Below, in pieces: positions 10,052-18,631 of a stretch of 19,922 nt of DNA. The translations under genes and the position numbers were made by a program. Positions within the stretch are counted from its first letter, which is position 1. Each line of letters begins with the position of its first letter. A model generated the notes under the pieces. That model was given only the letters and a program-made list of their open reading frames with translations, was not told the DNA's origin and did not search any database. This DNA comes from Ginkgo biloba (taxonomy: Eukaryota; Plantae; Ginkgophyta): positions 127,128,457 through 127,148,378 of the forward strand of contig JANKJI020000002.1 of the NCBI GenBank assembly GCA_024626585.2, read 5' to 3'.

Positions 10052-10447
10052 CTAAATATGATGGCAAATCCTATTTTCTCTCTTCATAAATGAACCCTGC
10101 GGTCTGACTTGTTTCCTTTGTCATTGTTCTTCTTGTTTTGCTTATTGGTGTCTTTTCTCAATGAATTCGGGAATGGATTGTGTTACAATGGCAAAAAATC
10201 TTTTGACACCCTCATTTGCATGAAATTGTTCTCCCAGGAAATCCATTGGAACGTGCGTGTCTTTGGTACCTTTCACAAAATCTGCAAGCACAACTTCCTC
10301 CCACCTCTGTGCAAACTTGATTTCCTCTTCATTACGGGAGTTAAATCGTAATTGAACAGAAGTGGGACAACCATTTTCAATTCATTGTTCCAAACGTTCA
10401 ATGTCGCTCATCTTTCCCTTTTGTCGTGAGGTCTGTTCTCCATCCAT
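10052..10447 (-). pseudogene. 131-codon first ORF of an LTR element, no recognisable gag motif, three internal stops
   Basis: MDGEQTSRQKGKMSDIERLEQ*IENGCPTSVQLRFNSRNEEEIKFAQRWEEVVLADFVKGTKDTHVPMDFLGEQFHANEGVKRFFAIVTQSIPEFIEKRHQ*AKQEEQ*QRKQVRPQGSFMKRENRICHHI*. No frameshifts; the ATG lies 125 bp from the LTR end. Confidence 0.65.
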
Positions 10448-10571
10448 TATTGTGGTCAAGATGTCTCCTCACATAACTATTCATCCCTCAAATCTTAGCC
10501 TCAATCCCAAACACTGTCACCACAAGGGATTGGACAAGTCCCTGTTATTCTAAACTAACAGCGATGTAAAA

Positions 10572-11350
10572 TGTTAGTCTAATATTCCTCCATTCCTGCT
10601 TTACAGGTTTAGTATGGCCTTAAGGCAAAGAGAAGAGTGACAGACATTGTATAATCAGACGAGATACACAACAGATAATAATCATGTATTGCATATGGAA
10701 GTAAGAGATTACACTATAGTGACCATCACACATTGTATATCCAAGCTTGCCCAAAGGAGTCATAACTGCCCAACTGACCCACTAATCTGCTCATTATCCT
10801 ACGACTAGCCCTAATTAAGACAAGGTTGGACAAGTCCTAACCCGACTTTGTCCAACAACTCCTAGTCACATAACGATTCTAATAATATGAAATAATCTAC
10901 TACCAAATCCCAGATGACTAGATGTGCAGTCAAGGCAAGTGTTTATAACTTCAGTACTCTTAGCAACCTTATATAGAATAATGATGTTACTGGACCTGAC
11001 TTTGGAGCAATCTTAGCCTAGCTTCTTTTAGAAGCCTCTGAATGGATCACTAGAGGAGTTCTAGCTGCTTCTACAATTCTAGAACATGGATCCCGAGATG
11101 AGTGAGCTCAACGGCAATATTACACACACACTAATATTGTGTGTGACACCATATTATGATGTATTTTCATAACACCTTCTTACACAACACCTTGTATGTG
11201 CTTAACACACACACTAATCCATGTTGATTGTGGTTGATATAAGGCTTAGGACTAACTCCAAATTTAAGGAATATGACAAACATCATATTTCAAGTACAGG
11301 TACCACCTCTATCTGATTCAGTGCAACCTTCTTTCAAGGGTAGACTTACA
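10572..11350 (-). mobile_element. Complete 779-bp LTR (5' LTR of a minus-strand element)
   Basis: Termini tgttagtcta (10572) and tagacttaca (11341-11350) form a 10-bp inverted repeat with 1 mismatch and TG...CA ends. A TATA-like ctatataagg is on the minus strand, and an ORF follows in the same orientation. Confidence 0.75.
10967..10976 (-). promoter_or_regulatory. TATA box candidate of the LTR promoter
   Basis: ccttatatag on + equals ctatataagg on -, mid-LTR and oriented toward the internal ORF. Confidence 0.5.
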
Positions 11351-11471
11351 ACTAGTGCCTCTAACAATGCTGAATATAGTGCAAAGTGCAAACACATTCA
11401 GACACCCATCACTTAGAACAAGAAATCAAGCCTTTTCAGTCACTGATTCAATTGGAATACATCTCATTTAG

Positions 11472-11627
11472 ACTTGCAATGTTGCATGGCTCAACCCTGG
11501 GCTTCTCGTGAATCTGTATGACTGCAAACATAATTGTGAATGAAAATTTTCTGCCAAGGAAGAAACTAAGCCCAGAGATTGTTCAATTGAGATGAGCCAA
11601 TCCACAGATATATTTGAACAATAAAAG
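11472..11627 (+). pseudogene. Possible upstream exon of the unidentified gene (two in-frame stops)
   Basis: catttag|TCNVAWLNPGLLVNLYDCKHNCE*KFSAKEETKPRDCSIEMSQSTDIFEQ*K|gtaaaa; the phase-0 donor is compatible with the exon at 11978, but the acceptor is uncertain. Confidence 0.3.
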
Positions 11628-11977
11628 GTAAAACTAAGTGCAAAGAAGTTCAATTATAAAGTGGTTCCTTGTACTTCTCAATTTCTTGTTGAGAGTGCTG
11701 CTCACCATAATGGGAGATAATTCAACTCCCTTCATGCTTTCCATCTCTTTGTCAAAAAAAACTTTGATCTCAACTAAATTCACAGAGGATACTTGTTTCA
11801 GACACGTGTTTTCCTAATAATCTACGAGTCAATATTTTTTTACTGTTCTTTTAGGCATGCAATTGCTTGTTTTAAAACTATTTTGTGTCATTTGTGTAAT
11901 TCTCAATGCTATAATTTCTTGCCTCATCAGTTGTCATTTATTGTATAAATCTTGATTATTCTTTTGTTCTGTCTTAG

Positions 11978-12124
11978 CAAGTGCAAGGATTTTTGGGTGG
12001 ATTTAGGGAATCTTTTGTTCCCTATGATGTTCTCAATCAATGTGTGGCAGAAGACATGTATAAGAAGCTCTCAACTTATTTTAATTCCAATCAAATTTTA
12101 GGAAATTGCCTCCAAGGATTAAAG
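11978..12124 (+). CDS. Internal coding exon of an unidentified gene (49 codons)
   Basis: Polypyrimidine tract ttcttttgttctgtcttag|, open frame QVQGFLGGFRESFVPYDVLNQCVAEDMYKKLSTYFNSNQILGNCLQGLK, donor aag|gtaata; phase 0/0. Confidence 0.65.
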
Positions 12125-12288
12125 GTAATATTTGAAAGGCATTTCCAGTTAGTAAAACGTAGTACTTGTTTATTCATTTGTTTGTGATGAATGTATTTCC
12201 TTTTTTTTATGTAACCCCTTGGAGTAATTAATCTCTGGCCTTAGTGGATTTGTTGCTTCCTATCTTATGCTTGTATTGTACATGCCAG

Positions 12289-12480
12289 TGCAGAGATGGC
12301 ACAATGCAATTCTTCTTTCCCGTTGGTGCAAACATGGACCAAATTGGATCTATTGTTTGTTCTAATGCAGAAATGGGGTCTTCGAATAATTGCAAGCAGC
12401 TTCCTTCCCTCCATGGAATTAATGTGTTGAAGAGAAAATCTTTTACAATTTCATTGTCTCTTCACCATCCAATTATTCAG
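12289..12480 (+). CDS. Internal coding exon of the same gene (64 codons)
   Basis: gccag|CRDGTMQFFFPVGANMDQIGSIVCSNAEMGSSNNCKQLPSLHGINVLKRKSFTISLSLHHPIIQ|gtgcaa, followed by T-rich intron-like DNA; phase 0/0. Confidence 0.6.
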
Positions 12481-12635
12481 GTGCAAAGAAATTTTTACTG
12501 ATGTTGTTAAGCTTGTTTATTTTTGTTTCTTTCCATTTTTTTTCTGATTTTGGCTGTTGGATAATCCAAAAGAGTCCTTGCATGTAGTTGGAATAATTGA
12601 CCTGTGCCAGATCTTTTGGCAAAATGATTTTTCAG

Positions 12636-12955
12636 TCCCTTTTGAAATTATGTCTGGATTCACTAGAGCTGAGACTTAAATCTCTATTTCAAAGTTTGCT
12701 TTTCTAGCTTTAACTAGGTCCCCTTGTTCGGCAAAGGAATTACGTCTAAATTGATAGATATTTGTGAAAATTATAGAATATTTGATTATAGCAATGTGAT
12801 CTCTTTTATTCCCTTTGAAATTATCTGTGAATTCACAAGAGCCAGTACTCGAATCTCTACTGTGACATTATTTTCCCCTTGTTCAGCAAGGGTCTCTGTC
12901 TAGGATATGGTGATTCATTATAAATTGATACAATATTTGAAAAAAATCCTAGATA
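12636..12955. repeat. Old ~174-bp tandem duplication inside the putative intron
   Basis: tccc(t)tttgaaattat...attcacWagagc...aatctcta...tccccttgttcRgcaaRgg...taaattgata...atatttg occurs from 12636 and again from 12810, with indels. Confidence 0.8.
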
Positions 12956-12970
12956 ATTAGTACATACCAG

Positions 12971-13033
12971 GAATCTATCTTCTCAAGGGATGGCCGTTTC
13001 CATCCTCATTGGTTCACATCGTTACTTGAATGA
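12971..13033 (+). CDS. Probable terminal coding exon (ESIFSRDGRFHPHWFTSLLE*)
   Basis: accag| acceptor with a weak pyrimidine tract, phase 0, motif-like peptide ending at TGA 13031-13033. Confidence 0.45.
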   Translation, partial: ESIFSRDGRFHPHWFTSLLE

Positions 13034-13758
13034 TTCATGTTTTAATGAAGCATTAGTTGTGTCCTTGAATCCACTGGTCTGCCTTTTTGTTTCAGATAGA
13101 ACATTTTCTCATGCTGCTATAAATATCCCTTGTCTCCATTCCTACTTAGAGAATTGCCATAACATGTTATGTACTTAATTTTTGTGTTGACCATAATGGT
13201 TTTTGAATTATTAGTAGTTGGATGTATGGGGAGTTAATTATAGTGTGCTCCCTGTAGCTAAGGCCTGTGTTTGTAACATGTTAAACTATAGGCATAATTA
13301 TTCCAGGGCACTAACCAAAGTTGGGTTAAGTTTTGGAGTTGCAAATCTTCTATTAGACATATGATAAAGGTTTGTAGTGTTGATGTGTCATATGTACATA
13401 TTTTATAACATGCACCTTTATGGGAATTGGCCAAGGTTGTGGGTCAGTCATGTCAAGTTTTGTAGGAGAAGTTAGGTACATAGCCATCATAGTCTTGATT
13501 TGAAAGCATCTTCCATTTCGGTATCGAACTTAATGAAGGGATTTCCTATACTTTTTGTTTGCCTATGTTGTATCTTTCCAACTATCGATTCCTTTATGAC
13601 GAGCTATATATTTGTTTGGAATGTTTCCTTATTTATCTCTAAGCAAATTATTTCTTAATTCTATCCTTTGCAAATCTACTTGCAAGCCCTGCGATACTAG
13701 CAACAACAAAGGACAATTCTTAGCTTGGCCTTGGATTGGGGGGGGAGGCTTGAGAAGC

Positions 13759-14055
13759 GATTTCACCTTGGAGTGGATCCATATAATGGTAGGGCCAATT
13801 TTACATCAAGTCACACAATGGTTAGATTAATGGGTGTTTACTATGGCGAGGGTGCCAACAACTTGGGAATCAACAAGTAGAGTGCAACACTTGACATGGC
13901 AGAGCTTTGGCCTTTAAATTGGGGCATCATAACTATGTTGATCTTCAGGTTGGATTAGTACATCACGCTTGCCATTGGAGAATTCCCTTGGTTATCGGGA
14001 CCATTGGCTTTGGCTCATGGTCAGTTTGTATCCTATAAGCCATGCTAGAATGCAG
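13759..14055 (+). pseudogene. gag: Highly degraded Ty3/gypsy gag relic, with a possible decayed PBS at 13519-13529
   Basis: Across frameshifts: VDPYNG...TQWLD*.GVYY...QQVE.ATLDMAEL.LNW...QF.YPISH, following the gag pattern PYxG..W L..(M/L)EVY..A.L....A..WW...QFYP. Upstream cttcca-ttt-cggtatcgaac resembles an LTR end plus iMet PBS. Confidence 0.55.
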
Positions 14056-15397
14056 GGGCCTAATAAGATCGAGGCGTGCGTTTGGGCCTTGAGTCTAGCC
14101 AACTCAAAATCAAAATAAGAAAACTTAATGCACGAGGCGATGACAGGTAGTCGATGTTGTTTATGGCCAATGATTTGTGTAAAAAGGCAGAGAAGAATTT
14201 CCATGGGATGCAATTAATGTTTGTTTCATTGCCAATTGATGCAATTCATGTCCGCTAGATGTATGAGTGAATTGGAATGTGTTTTACCTTAGTATCAGCG
14301 TATTTGCGTAGATGTAGTCGGACCCGAGTGTGGGTGCATTAGAGTACATAAATTTTGCACTATGGTTGCACTTGTATAGTAATTCATTTGGATATTTAGA
14401 GGATGAGGATCGTAGGTGCAAATGTTATAGAATCCACAAGACTTGTCTTAACTTTGACTTTCTAAGTGATGGAGTCCTTAATTTCACATCAAATGTAAAT
14501 GCATCATTTATCTAAGAGGGGTCAACAAGTAATGATCATTACCCACGTTCTTAACCCTAACTATAGTCAACAACCAAGCAACTAGATGATAGAAGTGAAT
14601 GACTCTTTAGAAAGTAGTGTGGCAAGAATTTAGCTAAAGGCACTCTTAAATGTACGATAGTTCCTTTTTTGTTTATTTGGATTTGCATTTTATTCTTGTT
14701 TTCAAAACTTGAAAACTACTACCAACTAAATGAAAACAAAAAATGTACCTTTGTTTTAATGGAAAAAATCTCAGTGATCAATTTATTTGGATAGAAATCA
14801 CCCAAAAGAAGTCTAATCACAAAAGATATAGAATAAAATCCCCACCAAAATGATGTTGAACATTAAGTTTGCATTAATGATCTTTTGCAACCAAAATNNN
14901 NNNNNNNNNNNNNNNNNNNNNNNNNNNNNNNNNNNNNNNNNNNNNNNAATTTCAAGAGATAAGGCGTGTGAATAAACATCTTATTAGCACGAAGTTGATC
15001 CCTACATTCATACCATTTGGCTCTACCACTAGACTAACTCATTAATGATCAAAATGATTTTAATTATTGTATATATGTATTGTAGTTTTAGAAAGGTCAT
15101 GGTGTATCTTAACTGAAAGGAAAAAAGAAAGAAGATGAAAAATAATAAAAGTAACACTAAGAGAAGGGTTTGAGTTGTTCTTATTTGTTTTATCATTTTT
15201 CCTTATGCAATTAGACATTGTTTGTCTTTGGCTTTTTATAATGCAACACTAGATTTACCTACCTTGCCAAAAAGGGTTAGCTTACTTCTTTGGCACCACA
15301 TGTTAGTTATAAACAAAATTCAAATTTAAAAGACTATACAATATAAAAAGGATTAAAGAATGACAAGGTGAGTAAAAGAATTTAGATCAGAGAAAAT

Positions 15398-15790
15398 TAT
15401 ACTACAAGGAGTGTATTAGGATAGTATGGAGGGTTGGTGATAATGTGTAATCCATACTTCGTGGAAATTACCTCTAAAAATAAAGGTGATTGGTGGATAA
15501 GTATGACATTACAATGAAATATAATCCCAAAATATTTTTCCTTGATTAATATTGATGGAATGATCAATGAAAAAGAGAAGAAAGATTACTATAAGAGATT
15601 GGTAAACTCATAGGAGGATACATATTAGAAATAAGTGATTATAGGAGGAGACTTGAATGCTATGTTGAACCTAGAAGAAAATAAAGGAGGATTAAAGAAA
15701 ATAGATTCTTATCTAAGAGAATTTTTAGAAGCCAAAGGAATTGTAGATATTAAGAAAAATCATAGAAAATATATATGGAATAATATATGA
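15398..15790 (+). pseudogene. L1-clade LINE ORF2 apurinic-type endonuclease relic
   Basis: One frame with stops: SVLG*YGGLVIMCNP...WWISM...LINIDG...EKK...VIIGGDLNAMLNLEENKGG...LREFLEAKGIVDI...KYIWNN, matching the L1 EN motifs GGL..W, INIYGP, GGDFN...EK.GG and D....YTW.N. Confidence 0.9.
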
Positions 15791-16434
15791 TNNNNNNNNN
15801 NNNNNNNNNNNNNNNNNNNNNNNNNNNNNNNNNNNNNNNNNNNNNNNNNNNNNNNNNNNNNNNNNNNNNNNNNNNNNNNNNNNNNNNNNNNCAATTGGAA
15901 TGGAAACTCTCAAGTCAAAACACAAGCACTAGACAAATCAAGGTCATAATACAATAACTAACAAACTGAATTGAAAATAACAATTTTAGACCCAAGTCAT
16001 TGGCCCTGAAAGAATTTGATTTTGCTTCAGTACCACAGAATTTAGAACCTTCATGCAAATTGTAGTTGTTTTTGCTCCAAGGATTTCACTTTTGGGTCAA
16101 AATATGATGCTTGTTGCCCTTCTAGGGNNNNNNNNNNNNNNNNNNNNNNNNNNNNNNNNNNNNNNNNNNNNNNNNNNNNNNNNNNNNNNNNNNNNCATTA
16201 ATGATAATAGAAAAGGAGAAGAACACTTATAGGGTCAAATATTTTAGTGTGATGCTACAAATGGGACTTCCAACCCTTTATTTATACTCTTCCTTATCAT
16301 TGGGTATGCTGACATTAATAATTAAACCTTGAACCTAGATTCCTTAATTTGTTGTTCCAACTCTTAGAAAGTCACTCCAATATTTATGGCTCAAGTCTCG
16401 AGTCATTCTATTGGGCTGCCATCTTTTTAACAAT

Positions 16435-16923
16435 TATAATAAGTCGTTTAAGGTTCCTCTTCGTTGTCTTAACCCTTAGAGGGGCCCATTCTCACCTCCA
16501 ACGGGCATGCAAACACTTGCTTCAAAGCTCTTACGCAAAGCTATGCTTGGGAATTCGTTAAGTTGCGTTTGACCTCATATGATGGGATTAAAACTTTCCA
16601 CAAGCTTCATTGGCTTCTTAAGTATTCCTTAAGCTAGTACTTTGCATAAAGCCTTAAGTCAACCACTAGTGAGCGTTAGCTAGGCTCTCTATGTCGCCTT
16701 TCTAAGCCCACCTCAATTTTTGTGCATGACTCTCTCCCTAAGGCACCCTAGGAAGTCGAGCATTAAGGCTTAACTCCTTAGCCATCCTATGGGGTCTACC
16801 AAGCTCTTATGAGCTTAACAAGTAAATTTGTAGCTTTCTTTACCGTTTTAATCCTTGTGAGTCCCCTTCTTACCTCCATGTAGGCTTACAACCACTCATC
16901 TCAAAGCTCTTCCCTAGAGCTAT
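16435..16923. repeat. Diverged direct repeat, period ~379 bp
   Basis: ...acctcca...ggc...aa.cact...tcaaagctctt.c..a.agctat at ~16435-16544 and ~16815-16923; caaagctctt anchors at 16523 and 16902. Confidence 0.7.
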
Positions 16924-17203
16924 ATTGTAAACTCTCCTTAATCTACATTTGACCATGTTTGTTAAGCTTNNNNNNNNNNNNNNNNNNNNNNNNNNNNNNN
17001 NNNNNNNNNNNNNNNNNNNNNNNNNNNNNNNNNNNNNNNNNNNNNNNNNNNNNNNNNNNNNNNNNNNNNNNNNNNNNNNNNNNNNNNNNNNNNNNNNNNN
17101 NNNNNNNNNNNNNNNNNNNNNNNNNNNNNNNNNNNNNNNNNNNNNNNNNNNNNNNNNNNNNNNNNNNNNNNNNNNNNNNNNNNNNNNNNNNNNNNNNNNN
17201 NTA

Positions 17204-17626
17204 GTAGAATAGTTGGAGCGTATTGTGTCAGAGAAAGTTACTTTAGATTTCTATTGACTCTAAGAAGATGGAAGTGGTAAAAGAATGAAAAACACCTATT
17301 AATGCGCATGAGTTAAGAAGCTTCCTTATATTGGCTATCTTCAATGGGAGGTTTGTGTTGAACAATTCCAAAATTGTTGCACCATTGATAAAGTTGCTCC
17401 AAAGGTCACGAAGATTTGTTTGTGCAAATGCTTATTGTGCATGTTTAGGTTTGCTCAAGGATAAATTGACTTAACACCCATTCTTACTTTTCTAGATCCT
17501 TCAAAACCAGTTGCTTATTGATACTAGCAGAAAGACTATTAGAATTGCTTTAGTGCAGTAAGGAAAGGTCATAGTCGGTTATAATAGGAAATTGAATGAA
17601 GCAAAGCAAAAGTAACCAATTTGTTA
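17204..17626 (+). pseudogene. pol: Second Ty3/gypsy pol relic (RT C-terminus to early RNase H)
   Basis: VE*LERIVSEK..ISIDSKKMEVVKE*KTPINAHELRSFLILAIFNGRFVLNNSKIVAPLIKLL...LLKDKLT*.PILTFLDPSKP..IDTSRKTIRIALVQ*GKVIVGYNRKLNEAKQK*PI. Confidence 0.9.
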
Positions 17627-17786
17627 AGGCAAAAGAGGCCACATGTGTGGAGTGTTTGTAGGATACCTGTCCCTAGTTGATNNNNNNNNNNNNNNNNNNN
17701 NNNNNNNNNNNNNNNTGATTCATCTAATGACAGAAAACGACGACATGGCATTCATAAAGGTCATGATGCGAATGGAAGATGAAATC

Positions 17787-17899
17787 GAGTCAAAACCACC
17801 TTAAATGAGTCAAAACTTCCTTAGGTTAGGGCAAATTGCCTTCAGAAAGGACAAAATCGCCTTAACCAAGGACAAAACCGCCTTAAGAAAGGACAAAAC
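17787..17899. repeat. 20-21-bp minisatellite, ~5.5 copies
   Basis: gagtcaaaaccaccttaaat / gagtcaaaacttccttaggtt / agggcaaattgccttcagaa / aggacaaaatcgccttaacca / aggacaaaaccgccttaagaa / aggacaaaac. Confidence 0.9.
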
Positions 17900-17999
17900 T
17901 AGTCAAAACATTCAGTCAATCAATGTTGACTGAGTGAAAACAACTCTATTACTTTGGTCAAAGGTCCAAATGATAACGTGGCAACATAAAGGATGATGT

Positions 18000-18631
18000 G
18001 GCAGCAACATTAATGACATCAATAGTAGTCAAATCATTGGTCAAAGTTGTTGGTCAAAGATCTGTAAAAAATTGCATTAAACAATGAAGAACAACCTCAT
18101 TAAATGCTAACGTATGGTTGCATGTAATGCTAAGGTACAATCAATGTCATTTATAATACAAATGATGGCATTAGCATTAAATAAGACACAATCAACGCGG
18201 GTTGAGCTGACTCAAGTATAATTATGATGTCAACATTAAATAAAGTGCATTAGGATCCGATCAATGTTGATCAATGTAGGATAGTGCATTAAATTTACTT
18301 AATGGAGCCCCATTTATAGCCCTAAAAAGGGCACATTTAATGAAGAGAGAATCCTAGGGTTATGACCTAATTTAGGAAAGTGATGCCCTATCATTTAATG
18401 AAGAGAGAAAACTATGAATAGAAGATAAAATCTCCCTTGAAAACCATATGAGAGTTGAGTATTAAATAATAATATTCAGAGTTGAGTGCAATTGATGCAT
18501 GCCTGTGTAATAGGCTAAGGCAAGCATTAATAATGACATACTATCTAAACTAAGCATTTATCTAAACTAATCATTTAATGCATGTCATAGTGAGGCTAAG
18601 ATCGCATTAAAGAGATTGGACTATCATCTAT
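18000..18631 (+). mobile_element. Non-coding retroelement segment related (inverted) to 9852-10030
   Basis: tgagagttgagtattaa (18449-18465) matches the reverse complement of 9947-9963 at 16/17. gtgtaataggctaaggcaagcattaataatg (18505) resembles the reverse complement of 9882-9915. catttaatgaaga is shared by both regions. Confidence 0.6.

Noticed and set aside
10109-10351. 80-aa plus-strand ORF
   Set aside because: Antisense shadow of the minus-strand ORF at 10052-10447.
10565-11124. Alternative solo-LTR boundaries tgtaa...ttaca
   Set aside because: Only a 5-bp inverted repeat and no matching TSD; 10572-11350 gives a better 10-bp terminal repeat.
11125-11145. Hairpin cacacac-taatatt-gtgtgtg in the LTR
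   Set aside because: The stem is made of CA/TG dinucleotide repeats, so the pairing has little information content.
9089-11350. Treating LTR, extra ORF and pol relic as one continuous element
   Set aside because: They share orientation but are separated by an unsized gap, and the pol relic is much more decayed than the ORF, so linkage is unsupported.
14529-14542. Perfect 14-bp palindrome gtaatgatcattac
   Set aside because: Roughly one or two such palindromes are expected by chance in this much AT-rich DNA, and there is no supporting context.
16949-17212. ORFs made almost entirely of X
   Set aside because: Artefacts of N-gaps; the same applies to most other gap-spanning ORFs in the track.
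17787-17899. 20-21-bp array as CRISPR or iterons
   Set aside because: Head-to-tail diverged units with no unique spacers; a minisatellite.
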